DNA of 64,000 bases from IMG/VR virus record IMGVR_UViG_3300024346_000005, one strand, 5' to 3'. A model generated the notes under the pieces. It was given only the letters and a program-made list of their open reading frames with translations. It was not told the origin of the DNA and did no database searches. The stretch's first letter is position 1; each line of letters begins with the position of its first letter. Origin of the DNA: a virus (Duplodnaviria; Caudoviricetes). This document shows positions 37,301-46,701 of this stretch, piece by piece. Both the position numbers and the translations under genes were made by a program.

Positions 37301-37561
37301 ATGGAAAACTTAAAAATTAGATGTAAGTCTTGCGGAAGTGAGATAGAAGGAAAGTCTGGAAAAACAGTTGCGTGTGGATGCCCTAATATGGCAACCATTC
37401 GCAATAATGAAAATGTTGCTGCACTTGACTTATCAAAGGTTGTTATGATAAACTATATGAGTACCAAAGAAAAGTCTACTGTTCTTACGAATGAAGACCT
37501 TGCCTTCCAAGAAGCAAGGCGTCAGCGTAAAGTAAGACGACTTGATTTTGATGTCCGTTGA
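37301..37561 (+). CDS. hypothetical Zn-ribbon protein
   Basis: CKSCG...CGC. Confidence 0.7.
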   Translation: MENLKIRCKSCGSEIEGKSGKTVACGCPNMATIRNNENVAALDLSKVVMINYMSTKEKSTVLTNEDLAFQEARRQRKVRRLDFDVR

Positions 37562-37572
37562 TAGTTTTTATT

Positions 37573-37654
37573 GGAAGATAGCACCGATGGTTGGTAAATC
37601 GCCTTGAAAGCGATGCCAGGTTCACGCCTGATAGTTCGATTCTATTATTTTCCT
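37573..37654 (+). tRNA. tRNA-Ser(UGA)
   Basis: GGAAGAT/ATTTTCC; loop CTTGAAA; long variable arm. Confidence 0.8.
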
Positions 37655-37679
37655 TTTAATTGAAGACTATATAAAATAA

Positions 37680-37751
37680 CGGGGTGTAAGTCAGAGGTAG
37701 ACGGTTTGCTTTGGGAGCAAAAAGACACTGGTTCGATCCCAGTCACCCCGA
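37680..37751 (+). tRNA. tRNA-Pro(UGG)
   Basis: CGGGGTG/CACCCCG; loop TTTGGGA. Confidence 0.9.
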
Positions 37752-37753
37752 TT

Positions 37754-37804
37754 GCCAGTTTCATGACTGGCACACTTGACATAAAACTCAAATCACTCTA
37801 TAAT
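37754..37804 (+). promoter_or_regulatory. consensus sigma70 promoter preceded by an inverted repeat
   Basis: GCCAGT-TTCATG-ACTGGC, then TTGACA at 37776, 17-nt spacer, TATAAT. Confidence 0.75.
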
Positions 37805-37827
37805 AACAAGGTAAACAAATCAAAGCG

Positions 37828-38046
37828 ATGTCTCTGACTATCAAATTCAAGAAAGATATTAGTACTCTTCGTGCCGCAGCGAATGGTGATTTTTATCTTG
37901 ATGTAAAGAATCCGAAACTTTACAAGAAAGTCCGTAAGTTCTATCAAAATGAAGGAGTTATTTTTTCTGACGACCCTCTCGATAATTATGATATTCTAAT
38001 CGATTATATTGTCCAAGACCTTGAGACCGTTGAAGTAACAAAATGA
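37828..38046 (+). CDS. hypothetical protein
   Basis: 72-aa ORF directly after the promoter. Confidence 0.7.
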   Translation: MSLTIKFKKDISTLRAAANGDFYLDVKNPKLYKKVRKFYQNEGVIFSDDPLDNYDILIDYIVQDLETVEVTK

Positions 38047-38174
38047 AAAATCTAATCGAAGTTAAGTACCAATACGCAAAATTTCCAAATGCTCTTTTGC
38101 GTAAGTTTTTTAAGACACAAGAACAAATTGATATTTTTAAGCAACAACACTCAGATTATATTTACATCAACTAA
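38043..38174 (+). CDS. hypothetical protein (43 aa, not in ORF track)
   Basis: ATGA overlap upstream and TAATG overlap downstream. Confidence 0.55.
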   Translation: MKNLIEVKYQYAKFPNALLRKFFKTQEQIDIFKQQHSDYIYIN

Positions 38175-38434
38175 TGATTCAATCTAAAGTTATTCTTGAA
38201 AAGGAAGAATATCGGTTTGTTGAAAGGGGTATTATTGAACTCAACGGCAAACCCGATTATCGCCTTCAGAAAAAAGACTATTATACAAAACGATGGAATG
38301 ATATCTATCTGTTTGATAATCAAATGCAATGTTTGACTGCTATGGAAGACCATCAATATGCCCGTTGGTTGGATCCTGATAGAGTTCCTTGTTATGTAAA
38401 AGATTATGATGATGAAGACACGGAGAGTCTCTAA
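38174..38434 (+). CDS. hypothetical protein
   Basis: 86-aa ORF. Confidence 0.7.
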   Translation: MIQSKVILEKEEYRFVERGIIELNGKPDYRLQKKDYYTKRWNDIYLFDNQMQCLTAMEDHQYARWLDPDRVPCYVKDYDDEDTESL

Positions 38435-38645
38435 AAGTACTGGTCGGTGATGAACCCCCCTTTAGTCACGGAGAGACTCTAAAAGCACTGGTGGATCCAA
38501 AATGACCCCTCAATAGGTTTCCAATTTCCTTAAAAAATTGGTGGTGCGGATGGAGAATACTCCCGCCTGGTTTCTTATTTCCAGTCAAAGAATAAGTGGC
38601 GAGCCTAAAGACCCCAAAGAGGAGTTGCATAAACTCCTCTTTTTT
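38419..38645 (+). ncRNA. structured RNA resembling the manA RNA motif, ending in a terminator
   Basis: Two ~28-nt direct repeats, two similar pseudoknot-like units, hairpins; upstream of sugar-modifying genes and near tRNAs. The family name is from recall. Confidence 0.55.
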
Positions 38646-38675
38646 GCTATAATTACTCTATTATATAAAAAATAT

Positions 38676-39473
38676 ATGCTTGCTAATGATGATTTGGGGA
38701 ATCTGGGTAGACTTGGAAACCAGATGTTTCAATATACTTCTCTTCGTGGTCTTGCTGCAAAGCACGGATATGAGTATTGTCTTCCTCCAAGAGAAGTAGT
38801 AGCAACACGGGATCCTAATGTCTTTAATTCAGATATCACTATGTTTGAGTGTTTTAAGATTCCAGAAGCACCAAAATATGTAACAAACTTCCCGAAAATA
38901 ACAGAATCATGTTTTGAATTGGATCAAAACTTATGGAATAATTGTCCTGATAATATCAGTCTTTATGGATATTTTCAGACTGAAAAATACTTCAAACACA
39001 TTGAAGAAGATATTCGCACCGCATTTACTTTTGTTGATGAAATAAAAGAACCAACACAAGAATCCTTCAAATCAAATTTTGGTGATACTGAAGTAGTGTC
39101 TCTCCATGTGCGTAGGGGAGATTATTTAAAATATTCTCATCATCCGGTCCAGTCTTTAGAATATTATTCTCAAGGACTCTCTCATATGCCAGAAGATATC
39201 CCAATAATGATTTTCTCTGATGAAATTGAATGGTGTAAAGAACAAGAATTGTTTCAAGAAGATCGTTTTATTTTCTCAGAAGGGAATAGTACTGGAGTAG
39301 ATCTTTGCTTGATGTCTCTATGTTCTTATGCTATAATTGTAAATAGTTCTTTTAGTTGGTGGGGTTCGTGGTTAGCAAACAGTAAAAAAACTGTAGCACC
39401 TAAAAATTGGTTTGGGATGCCGTTATCACATGACACTAAGGATCTGTATCGCCAAGGATGGATTGTAATTTGA
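38676..39473 (+). CDS. GT11 alpha-1,2-fucosyltransferase-like
   Basis: GRLGNQMFQY, GYFQTEKYF, HVRRGDY, NSSFSWWG. Confidence 0.9.
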   Translation: MLANDDLGNLGRLGNQMFQYTSLRGLAAKHGYEYCLPPREVVATRDPNVFNSDITMFECFKIPEAPKYVTNFPKITESCFELDQNLWNNCPDNISLYGYFQTEKYFKHIEEDIRTAFTFVDEIKEPTQESFKSNFGDTEVVSLHVRRGDYLKYSHHPVQSLEYYSQGLSHMPEDIPIMIFSDEIEWCKEQELFQEDRFIFSEGNSTGVDLCLMSLCSYAIIVNSSFSWWGSWLANSKKTVAPKNWFGMPLSHDTKDLYRQGWIVI

Positions 39474-39499
39474 AAAATAAGTATTGAAAAAATTTCACT

Positions 39500-40162
39500 A
39501 TGAAAGTCAACATTCCAAGCGTAATATATTTTCACATAGCTACCATTGGAAAATATCAAGAAATTTTTGATGAAATTTATTCACAAATACTAGAATCTAA
39601 TCTAATTAATGAAGTTAAATTGATAAATCTTTGCATTGTTGGTGATGGTGAATTGATCTTTCCCTCACATAAAAAAATTAAAATTTATAAAGATCCTTAT
39701 ATTGAGTCTGGAGAATTTTTTACTTTAAATTTAATCAAAACATTTTCAGATTCGGTGAATGAAAAGTATGGAATTTTATACCTCCACACAAAAGGAGTAA
39801 CGACTCCAGATAATTTGTGTATTGATGATTGGCGTCAGTATATGACTTATTTCAACGTCAATCAATATCAGAAGTGTTTTGATATGTTGGATGAGTATGA
39901 TTCTTGTGGTGTTGATTTGGTAAGTGAACCAGCGACTCATTATTCTGGAAATTTTTGGTGGGCAAATTCTTCATATATTAAACAACTTCCAACTATAGAT
40001 GAAATTAAGTTTCCAAAGATTCCTCCCATACTATCCATAAGGCACAACTGCGAATTTTGGATTGGTATGGGCAATGGTAAATTAAAAAGTCTTTGGAACT
40101 CATATATAAATGTATATGAAAGACATCTTCATAGATACGATACAATGGAGTATAAAAAATGA
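39500..40162 (+). CDS. hypothetical glycosyltransferase-like protein
   Basis: ILYLHTKG...WRQYM...HYSGNFWWA; island context. Confidence 0.6.
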   Translation: MKVNIPSVIYFHIATIGKYQEIFDEIYSQILESNLINEVKLINLCIVGDGELIFPSHKKIKIYKDPYIESGEFFTLNLIKTFSDSVNEKYGILYLHTKGVTTPDNLCIDDWRQYMTYFNVNQYQKCFDMLDEYDSCGVDLVSEPATHYSGNFWWANSSYIKQLPTIDEIKFPKIPPILSIRHNCEFWIGMGNGKLKSLWNSYINVYERHLHRYDTMEYKK

Positions 40163-40764
40163 AATTGGTTGAAATTTTGAATAAATTTAATTTAGATTCT
40201 GACTTCTTAAATGAAGGTTATACTGAAGGAGGAACTGATAAAAATAGTTATCATAGCTACATTGAAAATTTTTATGAAAAGGAATTTGAACCTTATAAAG
40301 AAAGTAAAATTGATTTATTGGAAATTGGAATAGAAACTGGTGGTTCCTTAAAACTGTGGAAAGAGTATTTTTTAAATTCCAAATCTGTTGTTGGAGTTGA
40401 TATATCGGATGAAAAAATAGATCAAAGATATAAAAATATTGATGGCATAATCATGCATTTTGGTGATGCATATGATGAAAAGTTTTCTAAAAAATTCAAA
40501 CAATTTGATATTATTATTGATGATGGTCCTCATACTTTGGAAAGTCAATTAAAATCTATTAAATTTTATTTGCCGAAATTGAAGCAAAATGGACTTTTTA
40601 TAATTGAAGATATTCAAAGTGTAGAGCATTTTGATATTTTAATTGATAAATCTAAAGAAGTTTGCGAATCTATTGATAATCAAGTTGAGTATTGTGTTGA
40701 ATGTATTGATTTACGTGATAAGAAAGGTAGGTGGGACGATCTAATATTTTTAATCAGGAGTTAA
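40159..40764 (+). CDS. class I SAM-dependent methyltransferase
   Basis: TDK...H.Y, LLEIGI..GGSL, FDIIIDDGPH, IIEDI. Confidence 0.85.
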   Translation: MKLVEILNKFNLDSDFLNEGYTEGGTDKNSYHSYIENFYEKEFEPYKESKIDLLEIGIETGGSLKLWKEYFLNSKSVVGVDISDEKIDQRYKNIDGIIMHFGDAYDEKFSKKFKQFDIIIDDGPHTLESQLKSIKFYLPKLKQNGLFIIEDIQSVEHFDILIDKSKEVCESIDNQVEYCVECIDLRDKKGRWDDLIFLIRS

Positions 40765-40782
40765 ATACCCTACAAAAAAATT

Positions 40783-41487
40783 ATGTCATTTCAATTAATT
40801 GTAGAAACTTTAAGAAATAAAAAAGGAATAGAGTTTGGTGGACCAACTGGACTTTTTAGTGTGCCAGAACATAACCTACACTTATATCCTCATGTAAATC
40901 TTGATGGTGGTAATATATTGAATAATAATTATTTTCAATCCAATATAGGGTCAAATTTTACCTATTCCGAAAAAATTGGAAAGCAATTTGACATTGATTG
41001 TACAAATGAAAAACAACTTTCTTTGTCGGAAAGATATGATTTTATAGTTACCTCTCATGCTATAGAGCATTTTGCCAATCCTATCAATACTTTAAATTTG
41101 TGGAAAAAATATGTTTTAAAACCTGATGGGTATGTTTTATCCATCATACCTAATAAAGATTTTTGTTTTGATAGGAAAAGACCATTAACAACCTTAGAGC
41201 ATTTAATTTCAGACTATAAAAAAAATATTGGTGAAAATGATACAACCCATATTGAAGAACAAAAAAAATTACATGATTGGAGTGCTGGTGGACTTGTTAA
41301 TTTTTATGAACTATGTGAAATAAATTATCTTACAAGAGTTGTACATCACCACACTTTTAATATAGAATTGGTAGAGAAAATGTTTTCATACTCCGGATTT
41401 GAAAATATTGTTTCTTATATACATAATTTTTATGGTACACCATTAAATATCGTAAACCTATCAATGGTAAAAAATGATAACTATTAA
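40783..41487 (+). CDS. class I SAM-dependent methyltransferase
   Basis: GIEFGGP, YDFIVTSHAIEHFANP, LKPDG. Confidence 0.8.
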   Translation: MSFQLIVETLRNKKGIEFGGPTGLFSVPEHNLHLYPHVNLDGGNILNNNYFQSNIGSNFTYSEKIGKQFDIDCTNEKQLSLSERYDFIVTSHAIEHFANPINTLNLWKKYVLKPDGYVLSIIPNKDFCFDRKRPLTTLEHLISDYKKNIGENDTTHIEEQKKLHDWSAGGLVNFYELCEINYLTRVVHHHTFNIELVEKMFSYSGFENIVSYIHNFYGTPLNIVNLSMVKNDNY

Positions 41488-42436
41488 TTATCTTGCTCAT
41501 GATCGTTCCAATAATTTTTGGAATATTACAAAACATTTTCTTAATTTAATCAAAGAACAAAATAAATCAAAAATTAGAGTTAATATTCTTACAACTCATA
41601 ATGCTGATTTTGAAATACTTGATGGTATAGAAACAAATATAGTTTCATTTAATTCCGGATATAACTATATGTCAAAAATACAATATGCCGTTTCCCAAAA
41701 TACAGAATATTCTGTAAAATTAGATGAAGATTGCTTTATTGGTAATCATGTATGGGATTATATGATTGAAAATGTTGATATTTTAGAATCTGATGATAAT
41801 TTCATTCTAGCACCATTACTTTCAAACAATATTCCTTTGGTGGATGAATTTATAGAATCTTTTATTACTGATGAATTTATTAAAAATGAAATCTATTCTT
41901 ATTTCTTAAAAAGAGATATGCCAAATGGACTTTGGGGTGTAGACTATTCTCCTCTTAATGAATATACACTTCAAGCATCATCTTGGAATCCTTCTGCTTT
42001 TTATGAAGGTGTTAGTCGAATAGATCATTATTATAAAGGGATTCATCCTATTCGTATTTGTGCAGAATCGCAAGTTATCTTAAATGATTATATTGTAGAT
42101 AACTTTGATAAAATAATTGATAAGCAAGATTACTCTATTGAAGAATTTAATCGTCCTTATTATACAAATAGTGTTTTTCTTGTTAAAACTAAGGATTGGA
42201 AAAGTTTTCTTAATATGTCTGGAGGTGATGCTTTTGATGAAGTTGCATTTAATAGTTTTAAAAATACATTTAATAAAAAGACTTTCTACATCAAGAATGG
42301 ATTTTCAATTCATTTGACTTATAATACTATTCATAATTCCAATCATAATGTGTGGGGTATTGGTATGATTGATGGTCTTGATTATGAAACTAATTTGCTT
42401 AAAAAAATTCATTATAAATTAGGTTATCAACAATAA
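41474..42436 (+). CDS. putative GT-A glycosyltransferase
   Basis: YSVKLDEDCF (DxD-like); island context. Confidence 0.55.
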   Translation: MITINYLAHDRSNNFWNITKHFLNLIKEQNKSKIRVNILTTHNADFEILDGIETNIVSFNSGYNYMSKIQYAVSQNTEYSVKLDEDCFIGNHVWDYMIENVDILESDDNFILAPLLSNNIPLVDEFIESFITDEFIKNEIYSYFLKRDMPNGLWGVDYSPLNEYTLQASSWNPSAFYEGVSRIDHYYKGIHPIRICAESQVILNDYIVDNFDKIIDKQDYSIEEFNRPYYTNSVFLVKTKDWKSFLNMSGGDAFDEVAFNSFKNTFNKKTFYIKNGFSIHLTYNTIHNSNHNVWGIGMIDGLDYETNLLKKIHYKLGYQQ

Positions 42437-43311
42437 TGAAATTAAAATCAAACAAAGTTGCCTTTGTTATTCCGGTTTATCCTCCTCATTATGGGTATTT
42501 AAATTTTCTTGATAGTCTCCCAAATGACTTGGATTTTGATATCTACTTTATTCTTTCTTATAATGAAGATTTAGATATTTTAAAGTCATGTAATTTGAAT
42601 CAAATATATAATACTATAGTATTAGAAGAAAAATTTAATCGTAATTTTATTTCTAATATTGTCAATTCTAATACAATAATTACTTTTAAAAAATATTATG
42701 CTATAAACATGCTGAAGAATAGATATGAATACATTGCAGCAGTTGATTCTGAAATTGAATTTGTATCTATAGATAATGTATATGAAAAATTTAAACAGTA
42801 TTGTGATAAAAAGAAAATTTTTGGAGCATCCTTAAATGAAAATAGGTTAGAAATAGCAAAGGATATAATGGGGCATCCTTCAAAATTTTTTGATCAAAAT
42901 AATGAAGAATTAAAAAATAAAACGTGTGGTTTGACTCATTATTTTTGGTTTTCTGATATTCCAATTTATGATACTAAAATTGCTTCAGAATTCTTTGAAT
43001 TTATAAATTTTGAAAATTATGAAACATTTGTAAATAAGTTAACTTGGTGGGTATTTGATTACATACCGTACATTTATTATTGTGTTCTTTATAAAGGTTA
43101 TGACTTAATTAATTTAAAAGAGTATGGTATTATGAGGAATTGGAGTATGGAATCAATGCCTATTGAAACTTATTTTGAAATAAATGAAAAATTTTCATAT
43201 AAACCATTGTGGTTGATACATGACGTATATAATGAAAATAAGCATCAAATAAAAAAAGATGATATAATTATGACATACCATAGAAATGACGGTCGAGCTG
43301 TCTACTTATAA
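42436..43311 (+). CDS. putative glycosyltransferase
   Basis: FVIPVYP, YIAAVDSE; island context. Confidence 0.5.
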   Translation: MKLKSNKVAFVIPVYPPHYGYLNFLDSLPNDLDFDIYFILSYNEDLDILKSCNLNQIYNTIVLEEKFNRNFISNIVNSNTIITFKKYYAINMLKNRYEYIAAVDSEIEFVSIDNVYEKFKQYCDKKKIFGASLNENRLEIAKDIMGHPSKFFDQNNEELKNKTCGLTHYFWFSDIPIYDTKIASEFFEFINFENYETFVNKLTWWVFDYIPYIYYCVLYKGYDLINLKEYGIMRNWSMESMPIETYFEINEKFSYKPLWLIHDVYNENKHQIKKDDIIMTYHRNDGRAVYL

Positions 43312-43327
43312 ATGATTGGTAATTTGT

Positions 43328-44698
43328 ATGAATAAGTTAGTAATTTTTGACCTCGATGGGGTTTTAATAGATAGTAGAGAAATGCACTATGAGGCACTCA
43401 ATTGTGCTCTTGAAAATGTAGATAAGAAGTATATTGTCAATCGTGATGAGCATCTAAGTCTCTATGATGGTCTCCCTACTTCTCGTAAGTTGGCAATGCT
43501 GACCGAGAAGAAGAGTCTTCCTGTAGATACTCATCAACAGATTTGGGAAGATAAGCAGAGAGCAACCTTTGAGATCTTTTCAAAGTTAAAGAATGACTTT
43601 GAACTGATGCTCTACTTTAGAAGACTCAAAGATGAAGGGTTTCAAATTTGCGTAGCTAGTAATAGTATTCGTAATACGGTTAAATTGGTTCTACTAAAAT
43701 TGGGAGTATTGGAGTTTGTTGATTACTATGTCAGCAATGAAGATGTAGTCCGTAACAAACCATTTCCTGAGATGTACTGGAAGTGTATGACTGCTTGTAA
43801 TGCTCTTCCTAAGGACACTGTAATTTTTGAAGATAGTCATATTGGAAGGCAGGGTGCTCTGGATAGTAAGGCACATCTAATTCCTATTGAGAACCGTCAG
43901 CATATGACCGAGAAAAAGATTGAAGAAGCAATTGATATTTTGACGCAAACAACGGTAAGTCATATTCCTTGGAAGTCTGATAAGATGAATGTTCTTATTC
44001 CTATGGCAGGTGCTGGTAGTCGCTTTGCGAATGCTGGATATACCTTCCCCAAACCACTGATTGAAGTGGATGGTAAACCAATGATTCAGGTTGTTGTTGA
44101 GAACCTTAACATCGAAGCAAACTATACTTTTATTGTTCAGAAGGATCACTATGAAAAGTATAGTCTTCAATATCTCCTAAACCTGATTGCCCCTAACTGC
44201 AATATCGTTCAGGTGGATGGTCTTACCGAAGGTGCTGCCTGCACTACTCTGCTTGCCAAAGAGTTCATCGATAATGATGCTCCATTGGTAATGGCAAACT
44301 CTGACCAGTTTGTAGAGTGGAATAGTAACGAGTGCCTGTATGCCTTTAATGCAGATGGTATTGATGGTGGTATCGTTAGCTTCAAGGCAACTCATCCTAA
44401 GTGGTCTTATGCCAAGGTTGGTGATGATGGTTTTGTATCAGAGGTTGCGGAGAAGAAACCAATCAGTGATAATGCAACAGTCGGTATCTATTTCTGGAAG
44501 AAAGGTTCTGACTATGTAAAATATGCTGAACAGATGATTGAGAAGAATGTCAGAACCAATGGTGAGTTCTATGTCTGCCCAGTCTTCAATGAAGCAATTG
44601 GTGATGGTAAGAAAGTTCGTATCAAAGATATTGAAAGAATGTGGGGCATTGGAACTCCTGAAGATCTAAATTATTTCTTGGAGCACTATAAAGGATGA
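43328..44698 (+). CDS. HAD phosphatase fused to a nucleotidyltransferase
   Basis: FDLDGVL...KP.P...FEDS; LIPMAGAGSRF...PKPLI...GTPEDL. Confidence 0.9.
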   Translation: MNKLVIFDLDGVLIDSREMHYEALNCALENVDKKYIVNRDEHLSLYDGLPTSRKLAMLTEKKSLPVDTHQQIWEDKQRATFEIFSKLKNDFELMLYFRRLKDEGFQICVASNSIRNTVKLVLLKLGVLEFVDYYVSNEDVVRNKPFPEMYWKCMTACNALPKDTVIFEDSHIGRQGALDSKAHLIPIENRQHMTEKKIEEAIDILTQTTVSHIPWKSDKMNVLIPMAGAGSRFANAGYTFPKPLIEVDGKPMIQVVVENLNIEANYTFIVQKDHYEKYSLQYLLNLIAPNCNIVQVDGLTEGAACTTLLAKEFIDNDAPLVMANSDQFVEWNSNECLYAFNADGIDGGIVSFKATHPKWSYAKVGDDGFVSEVAEKKPISDNATVGIYFWKKGSDYVKYAEQMIEKNVRTNGEFYVCPVFNEAIGDGKKVRIKDIERMWGIGTPEDLNYFLEHYKG

Positions 44699-45168
44699 AA
44701 CTGATTGCTCATCGTGGAAATACTGATGGTCCAAATCCAATTAGAGAAAACAGTGTTGATTATATTGAAAAAGCAATTTCTGAAGGATTTGATGTTGAAA
44801 TTGATTTGAGAGTTGAAGATAATGAATATTATCTTGGTCATGATGATCCTCAATATTTTGTAACTATTGAATGGTTGAGAAAATATAAGGATGTTCTTTG
44901 GATTCACTGTAAAAACCCAGAAGCACTTGAAAAAATGTTAAGTTCTACAATAGAATTTAATTACTTTTGGCATGAAAATGATTGCTATACAATCACCAGT
45001 AAAAGTATTGGATGGATTTATCCCGGAAAAGAATATGTATTTAAATCAGTTATTGTTATGCCAGAATGGAATATCTCAGTAGATGATATTTTTAAAATTG
45101 CTCAGCAGAAGTGTTTTGGAATATGTTCAGATTATGTAAAAAAAATAAATTATCATGAGTATTGCTAA
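44695..45168 (+). CDS. GDPD-like phosphodiesterase
   Basis: LIAHRGN...EN...GFDVEIDL...LGHD...IHCKN. Confidence 0.75.
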   Translation: MKLIAHRGNTDGPNPIRENSVDYIEKAISEGFDVEIDLRVEDNEYYLGHDDPQYFVTIEWLRKYKDVLWIHCKNPEALEKMLSSTIEFNYFWHENDCYTITSKSIGWIYPGKEYVFKSVIVMPEWNISVDDIFKIAQQKCFGICSDYVKKINYHEYC

Positions 45169-45881
45169 TGAAATTCACTTTTGGAATAATTACTTCCGGT
45201 ATTGATGATCGAATTGGTAGGATTATTGATAGTATTGAATCTTTAAATATTCCCAAGTATGAGATTATTATCGTTGGAAATTGTAATTTAAAAAGAACTA
45301 ATACTAGGATAATTCCTTTTGACGAAGATATAAAATCGAAATGGATTACCAAAAAGAAAAATATAATAACACAACTTGCTACATATGAAAATATAGTGTA
45401 TTTGCATGATTATTTTTATTTTAATCCGGACTGGTATGATGGGTGGTTAAAGTATGGTGACGATTATAAAGTTTGTATGAATCGTATTTTAAACCTCGAT
45501 GGAACTAGATATCGTGATTGGGTTTTGTGGGTTTGTAATGGTAATGATACTGATATACCTGTTCCGGGGCATCATCCAATTGATGATTTAGTTGCAGAAT
45601 ATAGAGGTGCTTTAATACCATATGATATGATCCACCTTTCAAAATATATGTATTTTTCTGGTGCTTATTGGGTTGGAAAAAGGGATGTTATGTTAGAATT
45701 TCCATTAGATGAAACTCTTATCTGGGGTCAGGGGGAGGATGTAAAATGGTCTAAAGAAATACGAAAAAAATATAATTTTTCTATGAATCCATATTCTACA
45801 GTGCAACTAATGGTTCAAAAAGATAGAGCATTTGAAGAAAGTAAAAGTGAAATGATTAAAAAACTAAAAATTATTATTTAA
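45168..45881 (+). CDS. GT2-like glycosyltransferase
   Basis: FTFGIIT, IIIVG, KKN, YLHDY, GEDVKWS. Confidence 0.7.
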   Translation: MKFTFGIITSGIDDRIGRIIDSIESLNIPKYEIIIVGNCNLKRTNTRIIPFDEDIKSKWITKKKNIITQLATYENIVYLHDYFYFNPDWYDGWLKYGDDYKVCMNRILNLDGTRYRDWVLWVCNGNDTDIPVPGHHPIDDLVAEYRGALIPYDMIHLSKYMYFSGAYWVGKRDVMLEFPLDETLIWGQGEDVKWSKEIRKKYNFSMNPYSTVQLMVQKDRAFEESKSEMIKKLKIII

Positions 45882-45885
45882 AAAA

Positions 45886-46695
45886 ATGAAAAATAAATTT
45901 AATCTTATTGGAGATACATTTAGTCATACGACAGGTGGGCATACTGGTTATTCTGTGCATGGAAAGATATCCAATTACATAGAGTGGGTACATGACTTGT
46001 CCGCTGATGATACAATGTATGTTGATCGATATATTTTTAATGCAATGCATGATAATATTCTTGGCAACAAATATGGGTGGCTGATGGAATCTAAATCATT
46101 AGATTATCAAAGAGGAATTGTAGGTGAAATAAAAAGGAATAAAGATGAGTATTTTAAAGTATTTAAATATATTTTTACACATGATAAGGAACTCCTATCA
46201 TTAGATAGTAGATTCAAGTGGTGTCCTGCTCAAGGATTTTGGATTGAAGATTATAAATTACATCAAAAATCTAAAATGATTTCTTTCATTACATCAAATA
46301 AAAATTTTACCGAAGGGCACAAAAAAAGATTGGAATGGGTTGAAATGCTAGGAGATCAAGTTGATATTTATGGTAGGGGATTTAATGAGATAGATAATAA
46401 GGAGCAAGGATTGTGTGATTATATGTTTTCAGTTGTTGTGGAGAACGGTTTTTATGAATCGTATTTCACAGAAAAAATTCTTGATTGTTTTGCGACAGGT
46501 ACAATACCTGTTTATATGGGATCTCCAGATATTTGCAATTATTTTAACTGTGATGGTATAATAAAATTATCTGAAGAATTTGACATATCAGAGGAAATAT
46601 ATTATAATAAAATTGATGCAATAACAGAAAATTTCAAAAAAGTCAAACAATATGAAATTCTTGAAGACTTCATTTATTTAAATTATTTAAGGTAA
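45886..46695 (+). CDS. GT10 fucosyltransferase-like
   Basis: YMFSVVVEN...YFTEKILDCF..GTIPVYMG. Confidence 0.75.
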   Translation: MKNKFNLIGDTFSHTTGGHTGYSVHGKISNYIEWVHDLSADDTMYVDRYIFNAMHDNILGNKYGWLMESKSLDYQRGIVGEIKRNKDEYFKVFKYIFTHDKELLSLDSRFKWCPAQGFWIEDYKLHQKSKMISFITSNKNFTEGHKKRLEWVEMLGDQVDIYGRGFNEIDNKEQGLCDYMFSVVVENGFYESYFTEKILDCFATGTIPVYMGSPDICNYFNCDGIIKLSEEFDISEEIYYNKIDAITENFKKVKQYEILEDFIYLNYLR

Positions 46696-46701
46696 AAATT
46701 T

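Noticed and set aside
37573-37654. tRNA with TGA in the loop as an opal suppressor or tRNA-Sec
   Set aside because: Anticodon UGA reads the Ser codon UCA; no recoded stops were needed in any gene
38419-38494. Direct repeats as a mini CRISPR array
   Set aside because: Only two imperfect copies with a ~20-nt gap, no cas genes, and they sit within a structured RNA
38538-38675. N-terminal extension of the GT11 ORF
   Set aside because: It runs through the structured RNA and terminator; ATG 38676 matches the GT11 N-terminus
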